Of a stretch of DNA of 64,000 bases, positions 9,516 to 19,600 are shown piece after piece. The position numbers and the translations under genes were made by a program. The notes under the pieces are model-generated. The model had not been told where the DNA came from. It worked only from the letters and a program-made list of their open reading frames with translations, and made no database searches. This DNA is from Promethearchaeota archaeon (lineage in GTDB: Archaea > Asgardarchaeota > Lokiarchaeia > Sigyniarchaeales > SOKP01), in assembly GCA_019058445.1 (NCBI GenBank), contig JAHPZA010000005.1, positions 52,276 through 116,275 on the forward strand, given 5' to 3'. Numbering within the stretch: position 1 is the stretch's first letter; each line of letters begins with the position of its first letter.

Positions 9516-10634
9516 ATGGGTAATCTTACTGTTGTTTTAGATATTGGTCAATTTTCGTCTAAAGCGGGTTTCGCAGGTGAAGATTTCCCATCTCAGGTAT
9601 TTTTTACCATTGTTGGTAAACCTAAATATCATAATCTTGATGCGCAATATGGTGGAGGAGCCGAACAGGAAGTTTATGTAGGAGAGGAGATTCAATCTCT
9701 TGGACTTTATAAAATTACCTCACCAATTAATAAAGGAAAAATAATTGATTGGAGTTATTTCGAAAAGATTTTGGACTATATTTTTTATAATTTAAGAGTT
9801 GATCATACTTTAGTAAACGTATTATTTGCTATTCATCCATTGTTTCCTAAAAAAGATCTCCAAAAAATATTCGAATTGTTTTTAGAGCATTATCAATGTA
9901 TGGGATTTTATCCTGTTTTAGACTCTTTATGTACTCTTTATTCTGGTGGATTTCAAACAGGATTAATTATAGAAATTGGAGATAGTAGTACAAGAATCGT
10001 ACCTATTTATAATGGATATAAAATAGATCATGCAATTAAAATTTTAGAAATTGGTGGAAGAGCTCTTACCCGGTATATGGAAACTCTTTTAGGATCCATA
10101 GGGTTTGCTTCTGATTCATCAATAAGGAGAGAATTAGTTCGAGTTTTAAAAGAAAAAGCATGTTTTGTTTCTTTGGATTATAAGGAAGATCTGAAAAGAA
10201 GTGAAGAATATACCAAACAATATTCATTACCCGATGGGGCGACTATTTCTTTATCCAAAGAAAGATTCATTCTTCCGGAAGCTCTATTCAATCCCTCCTT
10301 AATAAATTTAGAACATTATTCATTACCAGAAGCAATAATGGATGTAATTGAATTATGTGATGTTGATATTAGGGCTGAATTGTTAAATAATATCTTTTTG
10401 TCAGGAGGTTCTTCTATGTTTCCAAATCTTAAAAATAGAATATATCAGGAGCTTGAACTCTTGATGGCAAGAAAAAAAATAGACAATCAAGGTATAAAAA
10501 TTATTGCCCCAAGAGAGAGAACTTTTTCGGTGTGGGTTGGAGGATCCATTTTATCGATGATCCCGGAATTTTCTGACAATTGGATCACTCGGGCGAAATA
10601 TTATAAGGACGGCATTCCAGAAGACTTTATATGA
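9516..10634 (+). CDS. Actin-related protein (divergent Asgard-type actin homologue)
   Basis: VVLDIGQFSSKAGFAGED.P, IGDSSTRIVPIY.GY, KEK.CFVSLDY, YSLPDG, ERF..PEALFNPS, CDVDIR..L..NI.LSGGSSMFP, IIAP.ER.FSVWVGGSILS. Confidence 0.97.
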   Translation: MGNLTVVLDIGQFSSKAGFAGEDFPSQVFFTIVGKPKYHNLDAQYGGGAEQEVYVGEEIQSLGLYKITSPINKGKIIDWSYFEKILDYIFYNLRVDHTLVNVLFAIHPLFPKKDLQKIFELFLEHYQCMGFYPVLDSLCTLYSGGFQTGLIIEIGDSSTRIVPIYNGYKIDHAIKILEIGGRALTRYMETLLGSIGFASDSSIRRELVRVLKEKACFVSLDYKEDLKRSEEYTKQYSLPDGATISLSKERFILPEALFNPSLINLEHYSLPEAIMDVIELCDVDIRAELLNNIFLSGGSSMFPNLKNRIYQELELLMARKKIDNQGIKIIAPRERTFSVWVGGSILSMIPEFSDNWITRAKYYKDGIPEDFI

Positions 10635-10757
10635 CTTAAACTCAGTAATATTGCACTTTATTTTGAAATCAGCTATTTTTAATGAGATGATATTGGGATA
10701 TCACATTTTATTAAATAAAAAATGTTGATCTTATTCTTCACTATTAATTAAATTTTT

Positions 10758-11126
10758 TTGGTGTGTTATTTGGAAGAACTTCCTGAAAAAAGTTTCAATA
10801 AACAAAGTATGATGAGTAAATACGATTTATTTAACAAAATCAAGGGAATTAATACTCCTGTAAAAAGCGATATTTTGATTGCTCTCTTGGATGGAGAATA
10901 TCATTCTGAGACAGAATTAATCAGATTAGCAAAAAAAAGGGGTACAAATTATCTTGGAGCAGTAACTTTAGGAACCATGGTCAATTCATTGAATCATTTA
11001 TTAAAAAGTAATTATGTAGAGAAACAATTTGTAAATGGTGAAATGAATTATAAAATCTCCGATAATTATGTAGGCCTTACGCGAGCAGCATATAATAACT
11101 GGCAGCATAAAGCATTTAAATATTAA
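10758..11126 (+). CDS. Winged helix-turn-helix-like protein (paralogue 1)
   Basis: ILIALLDGEYHSETEL resembles BirA/ArsR-type HTH helices, followed by a helix and a beta-wing (VEKQFVNGEMNYKI); true start may be a later codon. Confidence 0.65.
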   Translation: MVCYLEELPEKSFNKQSMMSKYDLFNKIKGINTPVKSDILIALLDGEYHSETELIRLAKKRGTNYLGAVTLGTMVNSLNHLLKSNYVEKQFVNGEMNYKISDNYVGLTRAAYNNWQHKAFKY

Positions 11127-11131
11127 GGGGA

Positions 11132-11500
11132 ATGATTTTGGATAAATTAGGAAAAGAATTTAATATTTCTACACTTATGAAAATCGTCTTTAAACCAGAA
11201 TATTCCAATATGTTCAATAAGATCACTAATATAAATGCTCCTGTAAAAAATGACATCCTAATAACTCTTTTAGATGGGAAATACCATTCTCAAACCGAAA
11301 TTATAAGACTCATTAAAAAAAAACATCAATATCTCGGTCCAATAACTCTTACGACCATGATAGAATCTTTGAATAGTCGCACAAAAAATAATTACTTAGT
11401 AAAAAAGATTGTAAATGGAAGAATTTACTATAAAATCTCTGATAATTATGTTGGCCTCACAAAGGCTGCTTTTACAAAATTCAGGTTTGCAAATATTTGA
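11132..11500 (+). CDS. Winged helix-turn-helix-like protein (paralogue 2)
   Basis: Clear paralogue of the upstream ORF (PVK.DILI.LLDG.YHS.TE, YLG..TL.TM, YKISDNYVGLT.AA); GGGG just upstream of the ATG. Confidence 0.65.
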   Translation: MILDKLGKEFNISTLMKIVFKPEYSNMFNKITNINAPVKNDILITLLDGKYHSQTEIIRLIKKKHQYLGPITLTTMIESLNSRTKNNYLVKKIVNGRIYYKISDNYVGLTKAAFTKFRFANI

Positions 11501-11502
11501 GA

Positions 11503-13674
11503 TTATCGCTTAACACATTTATTATTTACTATTTTATAATTCTCACAGCTAGAGCAAAAGCCTTTTGTAGTCTTACTGCTTAGTCCTTCAGCCCAACACT
11601 TCGGGCACATATAATATGAAAATTTGTTGTTCCCCTTTTTTGTGGAAACCATAAAAATATTAAAATTACAGATTGAACAAGTAGAATTCAATAATTTCAA
11701 CCGACCCCGTTTAGGTAATGGCAAATATTTTTTGCATGATTCATCTGAACATACAAGAAATCTCTTTCCCTTTAAATTAATATATTTCATAGGGACTTTT
11801 TTACAAAATGGACAATAAGATGAGGTTAATGGAAATTCCTTTTTCGGTTTTGGACTCAGTTCACTATTTTGAACCTTATAATCTTCGGCATTTTTAATCA
11901 ATTCTTGCTTATTGGCAAGAAATTTATCAAATAAAGTTAAGAAGTCTTTTTTAACATCCTCAATAACCGCAAGCATTTCCCGTTTTTCATCCTTTATCAA
12001 TTCAAGTTGAGATTCAACTTCGTGGGTAAAATTAGGTTTTAGAAAAGGTAGCCATACTTTTATCAAATTTTCGATTAGAAAAGAACCTAGATTTGAAATA
12101 ATGTATTTCGTTCCACTTTTATATATCACTTTTCTCTGTTTCATGATCTCTATAATTGCGGGTCTAGTAGATTTTGTTCCCAATCCATGCTTTTCCATTA
12201 GTTTAAGAAGGGTGGTATCTGTATAATGAGGAGGAGGCTTAGTCTCTTTTTCGTTATACTCAATACTTTTAACAGGAATTTTATCACCACCAATCTGTAT
12301 TTCTGTATCATACTTTGGTCTTAAAAAGGGTGCAATTGTAAAAAAGCCAGAATCTACTAATGAAACAATCTGGGCTTTAAAGGGTTCATCTTTTATTAAG
12401 AGATCCAAATCTTGTTTAGATTCGGTGGCGCTTTCTCCAAAAAGTGCTAGATAATGTCTTGCGAGTAGGTCATAAATTTGTTTTTGAAGATTATTTTTTA
12501 ATCGGGTGCTACTTAGTTCTAAACTAAATAGGGGTGAGATAGGAGGATGATCTCCAGCATCTTTTTTACCTTTAGTGGGTTTAAATCTTTTCTTTTTAAT
12601 CAAATCTTGTGTATAATTTCCATATTCAGAATGAGTTTTGAATAATTCAATTAGATCTCTATGGGGAAAGTCTGGTTTGTAAACATCACTGTCAGTTCTC
12701 GGATAGGTGATAATTTGATCTAAATATAACTGGTTCATAACGCTTAACGCTGTGTTCGCATTAATCTTTAAATTTTTTGTGAGTAAAATAAGTGCTTTAT
12801 TAGTGTTTAATGGTGCTGGAGGTTTTCTCTTTACTATATTTTTGTTGAAATTTTCTATAAACGCTATTTTTTCATTCTTAATCTTACCATAAATATCCTT
12901 AGCTTTTACCATATCCTCTTTTTTGAAAGGATTTTTCTTATGATACGCTTTGAAAGTTGATGTTTCAGAAATTAAATTAGCGTCTATTGTAACATATTTT
13001 TCTGGAACAAAATCTATAATTTCCTTTTCTCTTAGATATAATAAATATAGTGCTGAAGTCTGTACTCGTCCTATTGAAGTAAAGGTGACTTTAAATTTTA
13101 ATAATAATGGTTTCAATGTATTTGTTATTTCCCTTGTGGCAGAGAACCCAATAATTGCATCAAGTAATGCTCTTGCCTCACCAGCTTCAGCCCAGCTTAA
13201 TTTGGGTTTAATTAAATTTTGAAATTTTGTTTGTATCTCATTTTTCTGCAATGAACTTAGCCACAATTGAGATACCTTGATATTTGATTTCATTTTTCTT
13301 ACATAAGGAAGAGCATCAAAAAATCCTATATTGCATCCTTCAACATCGGCATCTGTGGCGATTATTACCTCATGGCATAATTTTCCAAATTCTTTAAGCG
13401 CTGTGATATAAGGCGATGCATAACTTTTTGGCACTTTTTTAATGGCATCTGAATCCGTTATAATATTTCGAGGATTGGTTCTGCTCCAGCTTTTATATTT
13501 ATCGGTATTTCGATGTTCAAGAATATGTCCTCTAAGAGGTAATACAAAAATATCTTTTGAATAAACGTGATAAATACTAATATTTTTATTTTTTTTTATG
13601 ATTTTAATAGGACCTAATGCTTCCGCAATTGCCTTTGCTGCTTTATTTTTCTCGGCAATTAACAATGTTGGCAT
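11503..13674 (-). CDS. topA: DNA topoisomerase type IA (archaeal Topo III-like) with C-terminal Zn ribbons
   Basis: TOPRIM LIAEK / ATDADVEG, SIGRVQT, catalytic ITYPRTDS, GDHPPI, GLGTKSTR; Cys-rich tail. Confidence 0.95.
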   Translation of the reverse strand: MPTLLIAEKNKAAKAIAEALGPIKIIKKNKNISIYHVYSKDIFVLPLRGHILEHRNTDKYKSWSRTNPRNIITDSDAIKKVPKSYASPYITALKEFGKLCHEVIIATDADVEGCNIGFFDALPYVRKMKSNIKVSQLWLSSLQKNEIQTKFQNLIKPKLSWAEAGEARALLDAIIGFSATREITNTLKPLLLKFKVTFTSIGRVQTSALYLLYLREKEIIDFVPEKYVTIDANLISETSTFKAYHKKNPFKKEDMVKAKDIYGKIKNEKIAFIENFNKNIVKRKPPAPLNTNKALILLTKNLKINANTALSVMNQLYLDQIITYPRTDSDVYKPDFPHRDLIELFKTHSEYGNYTQDLIKKKRFKPTKGKKDAGDHPPISPLFSLELSSTRLKNNLQKQIYDLLARHYLALFGESATESKQDLDLLIKDEPFKAQIVSLVDSGFFTIAPFLRPKYDTEIQIGGDKIPVKSIEYNEKETKPPPHYTDTTLLKLMEKHGLGTKSTRPAIIEIMKQRKVIYKSGTKYIISNLGSFLIENLIKVWLPFLKPNFTHEVESQLELIKDEKREMLAVIEDVKKDFLTLFDKFLANKQELIKNAEDYKVQNSELSPKPKKEFPLTSSYCPFCKKVPMKYINLKGKRFLVCSDESCKKYLPLPKRGRLKLLNSTCSICNFNIFMVSTKKGNNKFSYYMCPKCWAEGLSSKTTKGFCSSCENYKIVNNKCVKR

Positions 13675-13847
13675 ATTCTCATTAAATGTAACAAAAGCTT
13701 ACTTTATTATTTTAATAAATAATAGTTTAATATTTAAAGAAAAACAACTTAATACTCGAGAGTCAATCAATTTTTAAGGATATTTGATATAAAGCCTAAT
13801 TAAATTTTGAACAATTGGTTTCTTAAAATTGCTGATATATTATAATT

Positions 13848-16325
13848 TTAAACAGGAAGTGAAAAAGAAATAGTAGTTCCCTTATCAGGACCATCAGAAG
13901 TAGCCCATATTTTTCCACCATGGGCTTCAATAAATCCTTTAGAAATATATAGTCCCAGTCCCGTTCCCTTTTTATAACTTTCATCACTAATCTGTTTAAC
14001 CATCTCGAATTTTTTAAACAGTTTTTCAATTTCCACTTCATTTAAGCCAATTCCATTGTCTTTAACTTTAAACACATAAAAGTTGTCAGCATTTTCTTTT
14101 TTAGCTGAAATTTCAATTCTACCATTCTCAGGAGTGAACTTAATCGCATTTGATATAATATTCGAAAACACTTGAAAAATTCGGTCTGGATCAACTAATA
14201 GATTGATTTTTCCACTCATATCTAATAAAGTTTCATGGTGTTTTTCTTTAATTAAGTAGCTTAATTCTTTTAGGCAATTTTCAACAATGCTACTCATATT
14301 TACAACTTCTTTATTTAATTCCATTTTTTGGGATTCGATTTTCATGACTTCTAAAAGCTGGTTCATTAGTTTATGTAATCGTGCGATGTTTCTTTGAACT
14401 ATTTGCAAATCATTTTTTATTTCCAGTTCTAAATTCTCATATTTGTAAAGGATATAATCGGTATATCCTGCTATAGAGATTAGGGGAGTTTTTAACTCAT
14501 GGGCTGCATGGGTGATAAATTCATCCTTTATTTTGTCAAGTTTCTGTAGTTCAATGTTTTTTTCTTCTAACTCTTTCGTTCTCTCCCTCACTTTTTGCTC
14601 CAGCTCTTTATTTAGCCTTAACAATTCTTCTTCTGATTCTTGTATTTTTAAATCAGCTTGTTTCCTTTCTGTTATATCTTTAATAAACACTTGAAGTAAA
14701 GATTCATCTCCACCCTCTACAAATGAAGATTCTAACGATATCCAGAATTCTTTCCCATCTCCCCTATTTACTTTAAATTCCAGGGGTTCCAATTCATTTC
14801 CGGCTAATACTTGTTTAAATCGTTCATGAAATATTGGTTCTAAATCCTTAAATCGCGAATCTCCTTTCATTATGAATAATTTCATGACATCTCTGAAATT
14901 TTTTCCAATAATATCATCTTTAGTAAGTATTGACAAAAATTTATTCATAGTGATATTACAATCAATTATATCTCCCTTTAGGTTTACTAACCAAACAGCA
15001 TAAGGGGTGTTATTAAATAAATGACGATACTTTGCTTCTGATTCTTTTAGCTTTTGTTCTGCTAATTTACTTTCAGTAATATCATGAAGAATTCCCCTCA
15101 ATCCTACAACCCTATCATCTTTAAATTTTGGGATCGAATGAATTCTGCCGTAAAATTGGCTTCCATCTTTTTTTTGCATTAAATATTCATGTGCTTTTGG
15201 TTTTGTTCCTTGGAGAATTTCCTTTACTCTTTTAATTACTTGCTCTCTTTCTCTAGAATCAGGAATGAAAGTCAAAAAACTTAATCCCTTTTCTAGATCT
15301 TCTGGAGTATATCCAAATAATTCATATCCCATAGGGTTAGTGTAGGTTATATTTGATGATAAATCTGCCTCAAAAATAACATCTGGAAGCACTTCTGTTA
15401 AATCTCTAAATTTTTGCTCTGATTCTTTTAAATTCTCTTCTGCAAGTTTTCGATCGGTTATATCTTCATAGGTTAATAAGATGCCAACTACATTTCCTTT
15501 AGAATCATGAAGGGGAATTCTATTTATGTCAAACCAAATATTTTTATTAATATTATAGTTCCAAGATTCAATGATGTGATATTCAGCATTGCCGTTTTCT
15601 ATAACGCGCATGTCGTTAACCCTTGAAGAATAAGCAAATTCTTCACCCCATCCCAGATCAAAATCAGTTTTTCCTATCAGATCTTTTTCTTCGTTGAGAC
15701 CCATTAGCTTAAGAAAATTTGTATTACAGCCTAAATAGATTAATTCTTTATCTTTCCATGCGATATACTGGGGAATACTATCCATCACTAATCTTAGCAT
15801 TTCTTGTGATTCTTGATAAGCTGCAATAGCTTGTTTTGGCTGAAGAAATTTCCAAAAACGGATTTCAGTTAGATTATCAATCATTTCTTTAAATCTATCC
15901 TCACTTTTTCGAGTTATCCCTGCTTTGGACCTGTGGATTTCCTTTGCTATAAGCAGAACTTTAATTTTACCATCCTTTTCAAAATATCTCATTGCTTTCA
16001 TAGTGACCCAAATATAACTACCATCCTTACATTTGATTCGTGTTTCTCCTTCCATTTCACCAACTGTGTATACTTTCTTTAAGCTATTAAACGTCTTTTT
16101 TTGATCTTTTGGATGGATTAAATCTGTAGCTATGTGTCCAATTAAATCTTCTTCCGAATATGCTGTTAGGATCTTATGCGCCTTGGAATTTATATATTCA
16201 AACTTATATTCATCATTTAGAATTGCTATTAAATCAGTAGCATTTTCTGATACAATCTTAAATAAAAGCTGTGAATTTAAACTGTGAAAATTATTTAATA
16301 TATCAACCAATTTAATCCCCTTCAT
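13848..16325 (-). CDS. Soluble PAS-domain sensor histidine kinase (4 PAS)
   Basis: PAS/PAC repeats, H-box AAHELKTPL, N-box NIISNAIKF, DNGIG, GTGLGL; no TM segment. Confidence 0.95.
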   Translation of the reverse strand: MKGIKLVDILNNFHSLNSQLLFKIVSENATDLIAILNDEYKFEYINSKAHKILTAYSEEDLIGHIATDLIHPKDQKKTFNSLKKVYTVGEMEGETRIKCKDGSYIWVTMKAMRYFEKDGKIKVLLIAKEIHRSKAGITRKSEDRFKEMIDNLTEIRFWKFLQPKQAIAAYQESQEMLRLVMDSIPQYIAWKDKELIYLGCNTNFLKLMGLNEEKDLIGKTDFDLGWGEEFAYSSRVNDMRVIENGNAEYHIIESWNYNINKNIWFDINRIPLHDSKGNVVGILLTYEDITDRKLAEENLKESEQKFRDLTEVLPDVIFEADLSSNITYTNPMGYELFGYTPEDLEKGLSFLTFIPDSREREQVIKRVKEILQGTKPKAHEYLMQKKDGSQFYGRIHSIPKFKDDRVVGLRGILHDITESKLAEQKLKESEAKYRHLFNNTPYAVWLVNLKGDIIDCNITMNKFLSILTKDDIIGKNFRDVMKLFIMKGDSRFKDLEPIFHERFKQVLAGNELEPLEFKVNRGDGKEFWISLESSFVEGGDESLLQVFIKDITERKQADLKIQESEEELLRLNKELEQKVRERTKELEEKNIELQKLDKIKDEFITHAAHELKTPLISIAGYTDYILYKYENLELEIKNDLQIVQRNIARLHKLMNQLLEVMKIESQKMELNKEVVNMSSIVENCLKELSYLIKEKHHETLLDMSGKINLLVDPDRIFQVFSNIISNAIKFTPENGRIEISAKKENADNFYVFKVKDNGIGLNEVEIEKLFKKFEMVKQISDESYKKGTGLGLYISKGFIEAHGGKIWATSDGPDKGTTISFSLPV

Positions 16326-16642
16326 TAGACTTTTTTATTTTAGAATTATTATTCTTACAAAAAAGCTTTGTGATGTAAAATAATATTTTTACTAATATGT
16401 AAATATCATTTATCATAAAAATATTTTGAAGCACATAAAAATTTTAATAATTTTGTCTGTAAATAAAAAGATAATAACATTTATTTTATAAAAATCCTCT
16501 CTCAAACCTAACATGATTTCTAAGTTAGGTGAAAATAAACCTAATGCTTAAATGGATTTCATTCGCTAATAAAAAATATTCTTAACTCATCCAAGAAGAC
16601 AATTAAAAGACAAAAAAGCGACACTATATTTATTTTAAAACC

Positions 16643-19600
16643 TTACCATGGAACTGTGAAAAAAACTTCTGTACCTGTTCCTTTCCCTTCAGATCTCGCC
16701 CATATCTCACCATTATGGCCCTCAATAATTCCTTTTGTTATATAAAGACCTAACCCACTTCCCGATTCAAATGTTGAAGCACCCTCAGGACTTTTTTCTA
16801 ACATTACAAATTTTTCAAACAAGTGTCCAATTTCGTCTTTATTTATTCCAACACCAGAGTCTTTCACTTTAAATAAATATTTACTATCCTTCTCAAGTTT
16901 CTCTGCAGACACTTCTATTTTACCATTGCGAGCTGTAAACTTTATGGCATTTGATAATAGATTTGTAAATACTTGGGTTATTCTATCGGAGTCCACTTCT
17001 AAGGATATATTGCTATCTACAAATACCTCGACTTTTAATTCCTTTCTATTAATTTGAAAGTCCAATTCATTTATACATTTTTGAATAATTTCTCGTATAT
17101 TTGTATATTCTTTATTAAATTCCATTTTTTTAGCTTCAATTTTAAGAACATCCATAAGCTGTTCAATATATCTGCCAAGTCTTTCCACATTGTTTTGGAC
17201 TCTTATCAAATCATCTATTATTTCAGGATCTAAATTCTTGTATTTAGTTAGAATAAGGTCTGTATATCCTCCAATAGATATTAAAGGAGTTTTCAATTCG
17301 TGACTCACCATAGTTAAAAAATTAGTCTTTAACTGATCTAATTTCTGTAATTCAATATTTTGCTCTCTCAATTTGCGCCCAGATTCCTTTAATTTTTGTT
17401 CAAGTTCAAATTTTTCTGTAATATCGATAAATGTCCCTTCAATCTCTATTGGCTCTCCTTTTTCATTTCTAATTAAGTGAGAGTGCACTTGGAGAATTAT
17501 TGTCTTTCCATTTTTGTCTTTTACTTTAACGACATAATTTTGAATAACGCCATGCTCCATTAATTCCTCATAATATCTTTTTCTCTCTTCTGGGTCAATA
17601 AAGAAGTGATCAGATCTCACTCCAATAAAGTTTTCTTTTAAGTCAAATCCCAATATTTTATTAAATGTGGAATTATGAAGTAATAATTCACCCCCAATTT
17701 TTCCTCTATAAAAGCCAACATCTAAATTATTTATCATACTTCTATATTTTTCTTCCGACGTTTTTAATAATTCTTCCGCCTCCTTCTTCTCAGTAATATC
17801 AATCATAACATTTAAATCAGCTTTTTCACCTTGTAATTGAATACTTTTTGTATAGAGCTCAACCCACTTAATTTTCCCAGATTTCGTGACGTATCTAAAA
17901 CTAAAATTATTAGCACTATCATGACCCGCTTTTTGTTGGTTTAGAATCTGTTTAAATATATGAGGCCGATCCTCTGGATGAATTCTATAGGTAAAATGAT
18001 TTCGTTTCCATGCTAACATTTCTTCAAATGTATACTCACTAATCTCGGACATTGCTTTATTGGTATATACTATAAATCCATTTTTTACAATTCCTATTCC
18101 CAGCAAAGAATTTTCGGCCATAGATCGGAAATTTTCTTCTGATTCCTTTAATTCCTTAGTCCTTTCAAGAACTTTTCGTTCTAACTCTTTATTTAATTCT
18201 TTTAATTCTTCATCCGCTTCCCTAATCTTTTGCTCCGCTTTTTTGCGCTCGGTCACATCTCTAGAAATCAAAATCCCTTTCATTTTATTATCTTTGTCAT
18301 AAAAGACCTGTCCTTTTACTTCAATCCAAAGATAGTGCCCATCTTTATGCCTCACTCTAAATTCACCTCTCCCCTCAGTCTTTCCTCCTCTAAGTTGTTT
18401 AAGACCTACTTCAACGTCATCTGGATGGACAAGGTTTAAAATCGACGTGCCCAAAAGATCTTCTTTTGTATATCCTAATATTTTTAAGTGAGATTGTTCA
18501 TTAATATATTCATATCTGACTCGTTCATTAAGTAAACAGATCAAATCATTTACATTCTCAGTAATGAGACGATATTTTTCTTCCGATTCTTTAAGTTTTT
18601 GCTCAGCTTTCTTTTTTTCTGATATATCCATCGCAACACCTACTACTTTAACAGTGTCATCAATATCTACCAAATTTCCCCTCACAAATACAGGTATATA
18701 ATGGCCATTACGATGTCGTATTCTTAATTCCGCTGATAGAATTTGCTCACTCACTTCTGCCTTATCCATTATTCCTTTCAATTTTTTTATGTCTTCAGGG
18801 TAGACGAATTTATAAACATTTTGACCGATTAGATTTTCTGGCTTAAATCCGAATATATCATAACATTTAGGACTAATATAAGTAAAATTTAACTCTAAAT
18901 CTAATTCGACTATGATATCTGAGATATTATTTATAATATTGCGATATTTTTCTTCAGATTTCTTTAATTTCTGTTCTAACACATATTTTTCGGTAATATC
19001 TCTTATTAATCCATTAAAACCAACTTTTTCTCCATCTAAATTATATTTTAAGTATACTGAGATCTCAAGCATTATTACTTTTCCATCTTTTCTTGTGATT
19101 TTATGAATAAACTCGCTTAATCCAACTTCTGTTTCATAAACCTTATTAAAACTCTTATAAAGTTCGTTTTTAGTTTGCTCGTCAACAAAATGCTCGAAAT
19201 TTTTATCTAATAATTTATATTTTGGATAACCAATAATTTCACATAATGATTCATTTAGAAACTTAAAATCCCCCCTCAAATCGACTTCAAAATAACCTGC
19301 TTTTAATTTTTCATGAAGATCTCGGTATTTTTTTTCAGAATCTTTAAGCCTCTGTTCTAAAATAAACCTCTCAGTAATATCTTCATAAGTAGTAAGTATT
19401 CCTATAACATTACCCTCAGGATCATAAAGTGGTATTCTATTAATATTATACCATACTTTACTCCCATTCGGTAAAATCCAGTCTTCAACTACATTATATT
19501 CTGGAGTCCCACTGTTAATTACTTGCTGTTCAGCTTTTCTGGTCTTTTCTAATTTGTATTTAATCCAAATTAAGTCTTTATCCTTTTTACTTATAATATG

